Shown: positions 1 through 12,699 of the stretch, piece by piece
How the letters are laid out: every line of letters begins with the position of its first letter
How positions within the stretch are numbered: the first letter of the stretch is position 1
DNA from: Octopus vulgaris
Taxonomy: Eukaryota
Assembly: GCA_951406725.2 (NCBI GenBank)
Contig: OX597817.1
Coordinates: forward strand, 34,286,001-34,350,000
Direction of reading: 5' to 3'
DNA length: 64,000 nt
Made by a program: the position numbers and the translations under genes
Notes under the pieces: generated by a model
Databases searched by the model: none
What the model was told of the DNA's origin: nothing
Seen by the model: the letters and a program-made list of their open reading frames with translations, nothing else

Positions 1-436
1 AACTCCGACGTCTGGCAGCTGACTTGGCAGACACCCATAAAATTATTAACCATCTTATAAACAATAACTCCGTGCACCTTTTCAAACTCTACCTGTCTAA
101 CACCCGTGGACATGTTTACAAAGTCAGAAAACAGCACCAGCCCCCATGACTTTCGGAAACATTTTTTCATGCTAAGAGTTGCTGAAGTATGGAATAAACT
201 GCTGGCATCAGTTGTTAGTTGTTGGAGTATTGCATCCTTCAAAACTTCCATGCTTCCTGAGATTCGCCAACACGACACCTGATTTTCTCCCCTCCATACA
301 CATGCAAGTATGTATCTGACTCATGCACTGTTCACTTCCCAGACATTTGTACATTACTGCATATGCTTTATATGCACTTTTGACAAGTTGTGGTGCACCT
401 AAGCACTATATACAATAATTTCATTATTATTATTAT
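1..436 (+). mobile_element. 3' end of a CR1-group LINE (decayed ORF2 C-terminus, 3'UTR and (ATT)n tail)
   Basis: Translates to TRGHVYKVRKQH..FRKHFFMLRVAEVWNKLLASVV..IASFKTS, the typical CR1/L2 ORF2 end; finishes in ttcattattattatt. Confidence 0.75.
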
Positions 437-642
437 TTAGGCAGGAAATTAGCCAAATTATTAGTGCATCATATAGAATACTTTGCATTATTTGCTCTGA
501 TTGACTCTGCCCTAAGTTCAACTCTGCTGAGGTTAACTTCGCCTTTTACCCTTTCAGGATCGATAAGTCATGTACCAATTCACTGCTGTGGATTGGCAGA
601 CTTGTTAGCACATCAGATTGGGTGCTTTGCAGTATTTGTTAT

Positions 643-960
643 GAAGGTATGTGGCTTAATGGTTAGGGTGTTTGGCTCCTGATTGTAAGATCGTGAGTTC
701 ATTCCTGGCAGCGTATTGTGTCCTTGAGCAAGATACTTTATTTTTATGTTGCCCAGTTCATTCAGCTGGCAAAATTGAATTGTACCTATATTTTCAAATA
801 GCCAGCCCTGTCACATTCTGTGTCACACTGAATCTCTCTGAGAACTACGTTAAGGGTACATGTGTCTGTGGAACACTCAACTACTTTCACTTTAATTTCA
901 CAAGCAGGCTGTTCCGTTGATTCAACCAACTGGAACCCTTGTCGTAACCAATGGAGTGGC
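643..960 (+). mobile_element. tRNA-derived SINE, CORE-like head (head B) with tail type ii
   Basis: A box tggcttaatgg, B-box-like gttcattcc, CORE-like gtgtccttgagcaagatactt; tail matches the tail of the 39866-40251 SINE. Confidence 0.75.
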
Positions 961-1681
961 AGTTATGGATCTGTGCCTTCTGATGTCAAATTCCACTTCT
1001 TTTCACTAGGGTGCCAAAATGGTAACTCTTCTGGTAGGAATTACAACCAATATATAATACAGCAAGTAACTGACAATAAATAAATAAAAATGGAAATATT
1101 TTTCGTTATATCTCTGGAGAATCATTATGCCAATAATAAATGCACTGATTAGTTCTATTTCCCTTTTTGTCTTAGCCAATTTAGCACTTAACCAATTAAT
1201 TAATTGATTGTTTGATTAATCATTGGGTTAATCAGCTAGGCTTCTCAAAGAATTTTTCGTTGCCATTCATGACCTCATCAGTGACATGCCCACTTTACTG
1301 AAGGTCTGCTTCAGGTCTGTCTGCCGTCACTGAGTTCAAGCTTATTGGAGTAATGACTCTCTTGAGATGCACAAAATTGGTTTCAACGTACAGATTCGCA
1401 TCAAGAATCTTGCTGAAGAAATATAAGAACAAAATGGAAATATAGTTTCCTTTATTCAGTCAGATGATTGGCTGTGATGTGATTATTCTTAATAAAGCAC
1501 CAGTAAAATATTACAAAAGAAATAAGGCTTAGAATAAGATCCAGCTTTGGTTGACATGTCAATGCTAATAATAGTTTTCTCTGGCGTGATACAAAGGTCT
1601 GGGAAATGAATGGAATACCTGGTGTGTGTCTTGCTGTGGCTACCCATTCCTAAAAGAAAATAGGGAATAGGCCTGGGTATA

Positions 1682-2085
1682 CTCTTTTACTTGTTTCAGT
1701 GATTTGACTGTGGCCAAGCTGGAGCACCGCCTTTAGTTGATCAAATCGACCCCAGGACTTATTCTTTGTAAGCCTAGTCCTTATTCTCTCGGTCTCTTTT
1801 GCCAAACCGCTAAGTTACAGGGACGCAAACACACCAACGCCGGTTGTCAAGAGATGTTGGAGGACAAACACAGACATGCAAACATATACACACACATACA
1901 CATATATATATATACAGATATACGACAGGCTTCTTTCAGCTTCTGTCTACCAAATCCACTCACAAGGCTTTGGTCAGCCCAAGGCTATAGTAGAAGACAC
2001 TTGCCCAAGGTACCATGCAGTGGGACTGAACCCAGAACCATGTGGTTCATAAGCAAGCTACTTACTACACAGCCACTCCTATGCC
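1682..2085 (-). mobile_element. tRNA-derived SINE family A, full length
   Basis: Reverse complement of ggcataggagtggctgtgt..gttcagtccc..ccttgggcaagtgtctt..gactgaaacaagtaaaagag; at least 7 copies in the window. Confidence 0.9.
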
Positions 2086-2137
2086 TACAAATATATCCTG
2101 CCTTAGGATAATATCAATGTAAATAAATCTCAAGCAG

Positions 2138-2325
2138 ATATTGGTTTCAAATTTTGACACAGGGCTAACAATTTCTGGATAGGGGTAAGTCAGTTGCATC
2201 TTCCATCAGTAATCAACTGGTATTTATCTGAAGGAATGAAAGGCAAAGTCAACTTTGGCAGAATTTGTACTCAGAACATAAAAATTGATGAAATGTTGCT
2301 AAGCATTTTGCCTGGCATGCTGCCT
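2138..2325 (-). mobile_element. SINE family D (Meta-domain-like), degraded
   Basis: gaaaggcaaagtcaactttggcagaatttgtactcagaac matches family D copies at 51.1, 53.3 and 55.3 kb. Confidence 0.6.
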
Positions 2326-2393
2326 TACATCTCACTGCCTTACAGCTCACTGCCTTAAATCTCAAAGATATTGAAACTATTTTACCAAGCTTA

Positions 2394-2786
2394 GGCATAG
2401 GAGTGGCTGTGTGGTAAGTAGCTTGCTTACAAACCACATGGTTCCGGGTTCAGTCCCACTGCATGGCACCTTGGGCAAGTATCTTCTACTATAGCCTCAG
2501 GCCGACCAAAGCCTTGTGAGTGGATTTGGTAGATGGAAACTGAAAGAAGCCTGTTGCATATATGTATATATATATGCGTGTGTGTATATGTTTGTGTGCT
2601 TGTGTTTGTCCCCCCAACATCGCTTGACAACCAATGCTGGTGTGTTTACGTCCCAGTAACTTAGCAGTTTGGCAAAAGAGACTGATAGAATAAGTACTAG
2701 GCTTACAAACAATAAGTCCTAGTGTCGATTAGCTCGACTAAAGGCGGTGCTCCAGCATGGCCACAGTCAAATGACTGAAGCAAATA
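2394..2786 (+). mobile_element. tRNA-derived SINE family A, full length
   Basis: Same consensus as 1682-2085, opposite strand. Confidence 0.9.
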
Positions 2787-3054
2787 TGTGCAGGTGACAC
2801 ATAAAAAATACCCTTTGAGTGTGGCTGTTGCCAGTACTGCTGACTGGCCCTTGTGCCTGTGGTACGTAAAAGCACCCACTACACTCTCAGAGTGGTTGGA
2901 ATTAGGAAGGGCATCCAGATGTAGAAACTCTGCCAGATCAAGATTGGAGCCTGGTGCAGCCGTCTGGTTCACCAGACCTCAGTCAAATCGTCCAACCCAT
3001 GCTAGCATGGAAAGCGGACATTAAATGATGATGATGATCATGATCATGATGATG
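2787..3054 (+). mobile_element. 5'-truncated RTE LINE 3' tail
   Basis: gcacccactacactc..aggaagggcatccag..ccatgctagcatgg..(gat)n, the same terminus as the RT-bearing copy at 12700-14700. Confidence 0.85.
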
Positions 3055-4301
3055 TTATTATTAGCTCCCCAAGAGGTCTGGATATTAGGATTCCTTGTTC
3101 TCACTGCTGAGGTCATGTCTGATATACCTCTTGGGAAATACCTATTTTTGTTGTAAGATGGTGAGCTGGCAAAATCATGAGTAAGGCAGGCAAATCCTTC
3201 TAATTTGTTATGCCAAAGTCAACTTGCTTTCATCATTGCAAGGTAATAAATTAAGTACCAATTGAGACCTGGGGGTCCATGTAATTGATTACCTACTACC
3301 CTAAAATTCCAGGCCTTGTGCCCATTAGTAGAAAAAGTTGCTGCTGTTGTTGTTGTTATTTCTTCTCCCATTTTATTGATTTTCGAGGGAAAAGAAAAGG
3401 AAAGCTGGTTGTGCAGGATTTGAACTCACAATATAGAGGAATGAAATTCAATACTTGAAAGTACACAACTGTTTCTGTCAAATAACAGCACTAATAAGTC
3501 TTTCATATTATCTGTAACAGTTATCACAATTTCATGTTCCTGTCCCTTCTTTCCCAAAACTTGCTAGATTGATGGCTTGTAATCTTTTTTTTATTCATTC
3601 ACCTTATGCTACATAGATATATAATATGGGGTTGTAAATGGCTTTCAAGATTTAACATACTTATATTATCTCTCTTTGTCTCTCTAATCTCTCCCTCACT
3701 ACATCTTTCTTCTCTCTCTCTCTCTCTCTCGCGCTCTCTCATATAATCACTTTATCTTTTTATTACTAGATTTTCCCCTTTATAAATGGGGTGGTTCTCT
3801 AAAAATCAAAATGCACAAAAATACATGCACAAACTGAAAACATCTTTCTTATTCATATTTTTTTTATTTTCATCATTAGGAATGTTCTTTATGAGTATTT
3901 CAGAAGTGTATCGAGATATAATTTATTTTTGTTTAGCGATATTATAATCTCAATTATCATGTGTGTAATATTCCAAATTGGTAATATGACAAGAAAATTA
4001 TGACCATGAGAGTCGATTTGTTCAAATCTTCTCTTAAAAACCTTGCAATGGATCTATAATAGCATTTCACAAACATAGACAGGTATGATTTACTGATGCT
4101 TTCTTTAGGTAGGCATGAAACCTAAGAAGTTATTAGGGGAAGTATACATAAAAGGTGTATCGTTCATTTTTCCCAAAGGCGTCATTAGCAATGTAAGGAA
4201 GGTGAAATAATTATAGACAAGTATTAATGCTTAGTTTCTGTAAAGTTATCTTTAATCTGTAGCAATTACCATATACATTTGCATACATTTCTATGTTTCT
4301 C

Positions 4302-4311
4302 TGTCTGTCTA

Positions 4312-4359
<48 letters not shown>

Positions 4360-4373
4360 CATCTATCTGTCTG

Positions 4374-4424
<51 letters not shown>
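4302..4424. repeat. (TCTA)n/(TCTG)n microsatellite
   Basis: Direct reading. Confidence 0.95.
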
Positions 4425-4490
4425 GCGTGTGTATGTGTGTGTGTATTTAGAAATATTTATATGTATATGTGTGTTTATGTATATATGTAT

Positions 4491-4660
4491 GCGTAGGAGT
4501 GGCTGTGTGGTAAGTAGCTTGCTTACGAACCACATGGTCCTGGGTTCAATCCCACTGCATGGCACCTTGGGCAAGTGTCTTCTACTATAACATCGGGCTG
4601 ACCAAAGTCTTCTGAGTGGATTTGGTAGACAGAAACTGAAAGAAGCCCGTCGTATATGTG

Positions 4661-4717
<57 letters not shown>

Positions 4718-4910
4718 TTGTCCCCCCAACATTGCTTGATGCTGGTGTGTTTACATTCCTGTAACTTAGCAGTTCGGCAAAAGAGGCCAATAGAATAAGT
4801 ACTAGGCTTACAAAGAATAAGTCCTGGGGTTGATTAGCTCGACTAAAGGTGGTGCTCCAGCATGGCCACAGTCAAATGACTGAAGCAAATAAAAGAAAAA
4901 GAAAAGAAAA
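4491..4910 (+). mobile_element. tRNA-derived SINE family A with internal (TG)n
   Basis: Family A consensus from head to aaaaga tail. Confidence 0.9.
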
Positions 4911-5232
4911 ATGCATGCATATGTGTGTGTGTGTGTTTGTTTTATTGCTTTACCTCTCTCTTTGTCTATGTCCTTCTTCTCTCACTGCTTGTGAGACACA
5001 TCATCTGCTTGGCTGTCTATCAATGAATGTATAGGTGTGGGTGTGTGGTTCCCAACCTCATAGCTCCGGGTTCAGTCCCACTGCATAGCACTTGCCCAGG
5101 GTTATATTAGAAGATATAATACACCACCAATGCCAAGTTGTTAAGTTGTAACAGTTCTCTCCTGAGGATTGCAGTGGCATGAAACTTGAATCACAAGACA
5201 AACTCCCAGTTTTAGTTTCAATAAAAAAACTA

Positions 5233-5269
<37 letters not shown>

Positions 5270-5322
5270 ATATATATATATACATATATATATACAGATG
5301 CTCAGGGAACGAAAGAAAAGTA

Positions 5323-5357
5323 GTTTTATGTTTCAAGCAAAGCTCTTCATCAGAAAC
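5323..5357 (-). ncRNA. Minimal type I hammerhead ribozyme motif (CpG-decayed) in a Penelope pLTR-like fragment (~5295-5430)
   Basis: Minus strand reads GUUU CUGAUGA A GAGC uuu GCUU GAAA C AUA AAAC; stems I and II pair, but the stem III C-G pair is lost. Confidence 0.5.
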
Positions 5358-5735
5358 AGGAGACAGAGGAAAGTCCAAAAGAAAAGGAAGACAGAGGAAA
5401 AAAATTGCCAATGATCCACATTTGGTTATATATAATAAAAATTCTTGAGCTAATTAATCAACATATAGCTTTTGCAGTAGAGGCACAAGGCCTGAAATAT
5501 TGTAGGAGGGGTTTAGTTGATTACATCAACCGCAGTATCCAACTGGTACTTATTTCATTGTCCCTGAAAGGATGAAAGGCAAAGTTGACCTTGGTGATAT
5601 TTGAACTCAGAGTGTAAAGATGGACAAGACTAATTAATGAGCTTATGTAAAATACAATGCCACTACTAAATATGCTATATTTAAGATAGCAAGGTCACTT
5701 TTGTTATACATGTGCACACACTCATACACACACAT

Positions 5736-5768
<33 letters not shown>

Positions 5769-6146
5769 TATGTATATATGTATTTTGTATAAGAGAGTGG
5801 TGAATATAAAGAATTGTGGTAGAGGTTGCATATGTGTGTTTTATATATTAAACCAGTATTAGTAGCACTAATATTGTTGATATATCACAGATGAGGTTCA
5901 GTTTGTCAGTACAGGTGTGAAAAGTGTTTAGAGGAACAACCAAAATAAAGTAAGAATAACCAGGTGGCATAGTGAAAGATTCTAACATGAAACATGGGGG
6001 TATTTCAAAGCATTCCTGTTGGTACTACTTTATTACCATAGTTTTTCAGTTTTAACTGAGGAAAGTGCTGTATGATGGCAAGCTGCATCTATGACTCAAT
6101 TTGTATTCCTCGTTGTTGCTATTTGACTTCTCTTATATTAATACTC

Positions 6147-6397
6147 GTGGAGGCGCGTGGCTTAGTGATTAGGGTGTCAGCATCATGATCGTAAGATTGT
6201 GGTTTCGATTCCTGGACTGGACAACGCATTGTGTTCTTGAGCAAAACACTTCATTTCACGTTGCTCCAGTCCACTCAGCTGGCAAAAATGAGTAAAGCTG
6301 CAATGGACTGGCGTCCCATCCAGCTGGGGAACACATATGCCAACAGAAACCGGGCCCATGTACCTGGCTAGGCTTTAAAAGGGCGTGTTTATTTTTA
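6147..6397 (+). mobile_element. tRNA SINE, head B (CORE-like) with V-domain-like tail, 14-bp TSD
   Basis: A/B boxes; gcaatggactggcgtcccatccag resembles the V-SINE domain; TSD ttatattaatactc at 6133-6146 and 6398-6411. Confidence 0.85.
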
Positions 6398-6757
6398 TTA
6401 TATTAATACTCATGCCAAAAAAAAAAGAGAAAAAGAAAGCATAAATATCATAGTTATACCTACACTACTGCTACTATAATTACTGCTACCCCTTGGAGCT
6501 AGCTGGAGTTATGCCTCCTCTCCTCAGGCATTCACATTCACTCACCTCTCCTCTTCTTATCATCCTTGTGTACAGTACTCAAGCCCAAGACTAAACACTA
6601 CATACAGGTCTTCTTCCCCAGAATATTGGGCCCTACATCCAAACATAAAGTAATAAGGGAGATAAATTCTATCAATAAATCGATAACTACAAAATTTGAC
6701 TAGGGAGATAAGGTTTCATAACAGTTGTTTGAATGTGTTCGTCATGGATAGACCTCA

Positions 6758-6809
6758 CATCCTGATGAGGGTCTAGATTCTTGTTTGGATTGAAAACTTA
6801 CAGTAGTTG
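6758..6809 (+). ncRNA. Degenerate hammerhead-like motif
   Basis: cauc CUGAUGA gggucuaga..uuuggauu GAAA a cu uac ag UA guug; extra A in the core and imperfect stems. Confidence 0.3.
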
Positions 6810-6856
6810 CTGTTCTGTCCAGGAATTGTAGAATATTTATGAACCTACAATATATA

Positions 6857-7111
6857 TAATAATAAAATAAATTTGCCCTTTTAAAGCCTAGCCAGGCTCA
6901 TGGGCCCGGTTTCCCGGTTTCTATGGAGTATGTGTTCCCCAGCTGGACGGGACGCCAGTCCATGGCAGCGTTACTCATTTTTGCCAGCTGAGTGGACTGG
7001 AGCAACAGTGTTTTGCTCAAGAACACATCGCATCGCCTGGTCCAGGAACCGAAACCACAACCTTACAATCATGAGTTCAACACCCTAACCACTAAGCCAC
7101 GCGCCTCCACT
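6857..7111 (-). mobile_element. tRNA SINE, head B with V-like tail, 12-bp TSD
   Basis: Inverted relative of 6147-6397; TSD ctacaatatata at 6845-6856 and 7112-7123. Confidence 0.85.
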
Positions 7112-10100
7112 CTACAATATATACATATAAACAAAATGAAGATGGGAATGAACAACATTGTTGAAATAACTGTTGTATCCCTTTTAGAGATATTTATTAA
7201 CAGTTTCACATTTAAAACTAACTTTGTGTACTCTTAGAACTATTCAAGAAAAATGAGTTGTTTCCTTCTTTTAAGTTGTTTTTAAAGAAAGCACTAGTTT
7301 GCAATGCTTACTTTTTGTGTAAAAGTGTTCCTTATAACAAGGCAAGTTATCCACAGCAATTTTTAATCATATGTCAAAGTAAGGTTTAGGTTTTTTAATA
7401 ATTAGTTCTTTTTTGTTAATTCTTGCACATGTTGCTGCATATCCACTTAACATATCCACTTAACATATCCACTTAACAGAATTTTTCAAATTTTCTCAGT
7501 GGCTTGACAAAAGAGTCTGATAGAATAAGTACCAGGCTTAAAAAATAATTTGTATTGAGCATGATTCATTCAACTAAAATTCTTCAAAGCATCTCGCTGG
7601 CATGGCTGCAGTCTGATGGCTGAACAAGTAAAAGATGAAAGGTAAAAGATATCATCCTTTTGCATAGTGGCACCCAGTTTGTCCAATGTAGTTTTCCAGA
7701 CATCCACAACACGTTATCACTTATTAAATTCTGAGAAATGCAGGTAAAACTTTCCTTAGATTTTGAATAATTATGCATTTTGCCCTTTGTATTCTATTTT
7801 TAATTAGACTAAGTGAAAATACTCTTTGAATAAGTATGTTTTTCAATTCATCCAGCCCTTGATCACATTTTCTAGGATTCAATATTATCATGCAAATTCT
7901 TTTTGCAATGTTGAAGGAAATGTTTTTTGTTTTTTTTATTCTATAACAAGATGTAAAAAAAAAGATATTGCTTTGAATTTGTGAGTTTATAGTAGATTAA
8001 TTTCCTATGATTTATGCTGATAATAAAATTTTTTAATTCTATAAGTATATCAAGATGACCTTAACTTAAAATGAAACAGTCATCTATATGTTTTCCTGTT
8101 GCCTTGTAAATATTATAATAATGTGTTCCCAAATATTTTTAGAGATCAATCATATATTTTCTTTTTATGGTAACCAACCACTAAGTTGGTATAAGTTAGG
8201 GCAACTGTTGTACCCATTTGCAGTCCCTGATATCCATCAGTACACTGAGTTGTTGAATATGAAATAATTATTTTGTAATATGAATTTTAGTTCATCAACA
8301 ATATATATTTTTTTCAGTATATTATCTTAACTCAAATTGGTATGTTTCAAGCCAATCACACTGATTCCATAATTGTACTTCACCTTGTTGTTTTAGGTGA
8401 ATGGTTAAATATTATCTAGATCATCTCGAATAAAATTCTATATGTTTTAAGTAGAGCTTCAATGAGTTATCTAAGACCTGATATTATTGGTCTTAATTTT
8501 AAATCAGTGATTCCTTGCTTAAAATTACCAGCTGACTCTTGAGGGTTTTTTTGTTTTGTTTTTTTGTAGCATCCATTCTGCTGTAAGCATTCATATGACA
8601 TCACTGGATCTTTGCTCTCATCTTGCCTGCCTCAGATATCCTGCATTAACACCATACTGGTTGCTCTCTTCCTCTGCTTAAAACATTAAAGTTTTGAAAA
8701 TTTAACTAAACAAATTTGTTATACTGATATTTTTAAACCATTTCATCCTGTTTTCTAAAATCTCAGTGTTTTGGTTCTTGTATTCTTTGTCTTTCCCCAA
8801 GTGCCTTTCCTACTTGGGTTTATCCTCTGGCCTTCTCCAAGTGCCTATTTGGAAATCCTCTTAGAATTTCAAACTGAAATCATTAATTTCACAGAAATAA
8901 GTTGTTCTCAATTCATTTGTCCATACTAGGGATACTCTCTTATTAGATATTTTCCTAATTTGTGATGGTTTTAGCTTGTTCTACATGAACCAGAATGTAC
9001 AATGTCTGACTGAGGCTGAGATTGAACTCATGTTTACTTAGTATATAGCATACAACATGACACTTAATATTCACTATCCCATTATTCCATTATTCCAGAG
9101 TATATCAGTGTATGATAATGTTAATTTCTTATCTCAGAAATTCACACTAAAACAACAAAAGTCTTTGGGGTTATAACCTCAATTTTATTATTCTTCAACG
9201 ATAATAATAACACTTTTAGCATATATATGGAAATTTATTTGTTGAAATATCAAATATGCTTTCACATACTGAACTATTTGGTAAGGATGCTTGCTGTATG
9301 ACATTTTAAATAAATCTGTTTTGTTAAAATTTACCAGATGTAATCTTGTGCCTGTACAATATCTTCTGTTTAGTAGCTTCAGCTTTACACTAACTTTAAT
9401 AAATCATTGAATGGAAATACACCCGAGCCTGATGAAAGTTCAGGTGTTTGCAGATTTGTTGCTATAAGAAATATCTGAGTTTATAATTCCAATAGCCATT
9501 TGGTGAAAGAGTTCACTTTGCAGCCATGTGGTGCTATGTGGTCTCATTATGCTGTAGTTTTGGCAGGTGTCTTTTTAGTGTTGGATTAGCCAATACCTTT
9601 TGAGTATAATTCGGAGGATGCAGAAACCCAGTCTATAAATGTGTGGATGTATATATGTGTGTGTATCGATGTATGGATTTATATATATATGTGTGTGTGT
9701 ATATATATTTATATTCAACCATTTCTCTCTCTCTTCCCCTTCTCTCTCTATATATATATGTACAGAGAGAGAGGGGGAGGGACATAGAAAAAGGTGATTG
9801 AACAGAGCAATATACTTCAACAGTAATTCAATGGTGTAATTAAAAATACATACACACATCACCACATCACCACCACCATCATTATCATTTTGCATTTGTT
9901 TTCCCTACTGGAATGAATTGAACAGGTTGTTATGGTCAGATTCAGTTCTTATTTCAAGATATTGTCCTTTCAGATGACTTGGGAGATCACATTTTGTTGT
10001 GTGCTCCAATTTGGTAAGTTTTCTGTGATTGGATGTTCTTCCTAACATTAGTCATTTTACTGAGTATTCTATCATGGTTCTGACATTTGTGAGGTTGTCT

Positions 10101-10984
10101 TGTCCTTGACAAGACTAAAGGTCAGTGTGACCCTGCAGTGACCCCATTCTTTCAAGAAGGTCTAACTGAGACAGAGTGAATAGAAAAATAGAAAAGAGCA
10201 AAGAGAGCAATGACAGAAGGACCAGATGAGTGGATGAGATGAGCAAGGGATGATGGGAGAAAACAAATAATTACAGTGAGATGGTAAAGAGATGAGTGGT
10301 TGAAGAGTGACAGTATCAAAATGGAAAATAAAGGAAGAGAGATCATAATAGTAGGCACATGCTTGCCAGTGTGAGCGAGATATATAGATGGATGGTTATA
10401 CAGATGGGATTAGCCAGAGAGATCAATAGATGTCTACAATGACGGCCTGGGAGAGAGGAAATGATGGCTGGCAGCACAAAAAGGGTAATGGTAAGGTGTA
10501 CAGGATATAGTTAGATCTGATGTTATCACTAATACATAGGTGTCTTGGTAGGAGGAGGTGGTGGTAGAATATGAACAGGTCCAGTACCTTCTTTTATTAC
10601 GTGGGTGGCCGGCATGGTGTCATGAATAAGAGAGAGGATGAGTGGAGGTTGAGTAAACGTAACTAGAATGAGTGCCAGACAGATTCAATGCCCACTAGTT
10701 ACATGGATGGTATAGGACAATGGCTAGGAGAGAGGGTGAGATCATAATTGATAAGATGAGTGATAGAGATGAATGATAAGAGTAAAGGTTATGAATGGTA
10801 AAGACAGCTGCTAAAGAGATGAGACGGTATCTAAGAGGCAAGGAAGATAGCTGATGGAGGTTTAACAGGTTCATAACAGCTGTGAAATACAAATACATAC
10901 ATACATTCATGCGCACACACACACTTACCATTTCAGTATTCATTTCATAATATTTGCATCGGTGGAGTGGGTTTTAACCAGCAT

Positions 10985-12372
10985 CACAAGTTACCAGTCT
11001 TCACACTCATCTGTTATCTCCTTTGTGAGGCTTTGCATCTTGAGGCTGTAGTCTTCACAACTTTGTTCCATGGTTTCCCTTGGCCTTAGAACCTCTTGTA
11101 CAGGTTTGATCTGCTGTGAATGCCCCGTATGGCTTTATATAACTATTATCTTTTCATAATATTACATGCACATACCAGTATTATCTTATCTCCAACACAG
11201 ATTTCTTATATTCAGTTTTTCTTGTGGCTCATATATGCTCCATCATTCATGTACAATAACATTACTGTTGAGTATGCTCACTTGATTTCTTTCTAGTTTT
11301 CGCAAATTCTCAGTATTTAAGGCCCATGTCTCACTAACATGCAGCATTGCAGTTTGAACACAATCCTTATATGATCTGCATTTTACTCTGAAAAAGAAAT
11401 CCTTTGCTACAAACAGAAGTAGTAGCATCTTGAGCATTTTTCAACTTGTTCTCGCTCTGATCACTCTTCTTTCAGAACCCCTCTGCCACAGCTAAACAGG
11501 TCACGTAAACAACAAAAGCTATCAACTACTTCCAAGGACCTTCCTGGGCATTTAAAAGATTTTTTTTCATGGATACTCTCTCTTAGTGCTTACTAGAGAT
11601 GATCATCTTCCATAAAGTGTGTTTCTTCTCTCTTAGCCTGCTTGTGAACCCACCACAGCTTTTGTGTGTCTATAGTTTATACTTGGTACATTATATGGAA
11701 TTTTGACCCACTCCTTTTCTGTACATAGAGCAAGATATTTTCCCTGATAGTAACAGGGATTTGTTTGTTTTTTTCCTCTATTTCCTAAAACTGTAATCTT
11801 TGATGAGTTTACATTGGAGCCTCTTCTTCCCATGTTTTGCTTCTATAACTAGGATTTCTTCTCTAAAATTCAAATTTAGTTAGAACTAAATCATCATCAC
11901 ATGGGAAATTCTGTAGACAGCCAATCTTAAATTCCTTTGATATGGCCTAAGGGATTCATAAACAGAAGGGTACTGAAAATTGAGCCCTGGCAGACCCCTA
12001 GCTGTATGCTAAACTCATTGCTAACTCACCTTGCAAATTACACCACTGCTCATGGCTTGCACAAGCCATTCATTGGTCACTAGTTTCTTTAGCAACCGTC
12101 AGAATACAGAGCATGGGATTCCATCACAGACCTTCTCCAGGTTGACTAATGCTAAGTACAGGGACTTATCCCTAGCAAAGTACTTCTCCTGCAATTGAGT
12201 GATTAGGAAGGGACCACTTGTATACATTTTCTGAAAGCAAAACAAATTTCATCACATCCATTGTTGCATGTTGCTATCATTCAGCCAGCAACATTCATGA
12301 CTGGTCCATCAACCTGGTGTTTCTCTAGTTTTCTCTCACTGGTGCATCTTCTTTTCCCTTGTTGTAGTTATC
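10985..12372 (-). mobile_element. Old degraded RTE LINE fragment (RT to C-terminus)
   Basis: Minus frames give LQEKYFARDKSLYLALVNLEK and CVQTAMLHVSETWALNTENLRKLERN, homologous to the adjacent plus-strand RTE. Confidence 0.8.
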
Positions 12373-12388
12373 GATATATATATATATA

Positions 12389-12685
12389 CTAGTAGTATCG
12401 CCTCGTGTTGCTCTGGTTTGTAAGGGAAATAACTATATAAGCATTTTTAGAGAGTTACTTCCCTTATATAAACCGAGCAAAAAATGCATTAAAAATGCGA
12501 AAAAATGATGGTAAATTTTTTTATAATCGTAGACACGTGCTAATACCCAGAAGGGCTCGATATGAATCACGACTATAAGATACCCGCTTTTGGTTAAACT
12601 GCACCGCAAAATGTGGGAGTAGTTAGGAATTTAAATCAGAGGAGACAGACTCTCACACACACAACTTCAGTTTTATATATAAAGA
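12389..12685 (-). mobile_element. Non-autonomous Helitron
   Basis: Minus strand starts A|TCtttatatataaaa and ends with a GC-rich subterminal segment plus CTAG|T, the canonical Helitron ends; no TSD. Confidence 0.75.
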
Positions 12686-12699
12686 TAAATATATGAGAT

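Noticed and set aside
1220-1290. Minus-strand hammerhead (CUGAUGA..GAAA)
   Set aside because: Stems I and III cannot be formed convincingly
1737-3024. Recurrent ORF peptides (LQLDALPNANHS, EDTCPRCHAVGLNP)
   Set aside because: Chance frames of SINE and RTE UTR consensus, not a gene family
7438-7478. 13-bp x3 tandem repeat (also 15-bp x3 near 2320 and 33-bp x2 near 35250) as a CRISPR-like array
   Set aside because: No spacers; simple slippage duplications in eukaryotic DNA
8318-8339. Plus-strand micro-exon
   Set aside because: Splice-like signals are expected by chance in T-rich DNA; no coherent frame with neighbours
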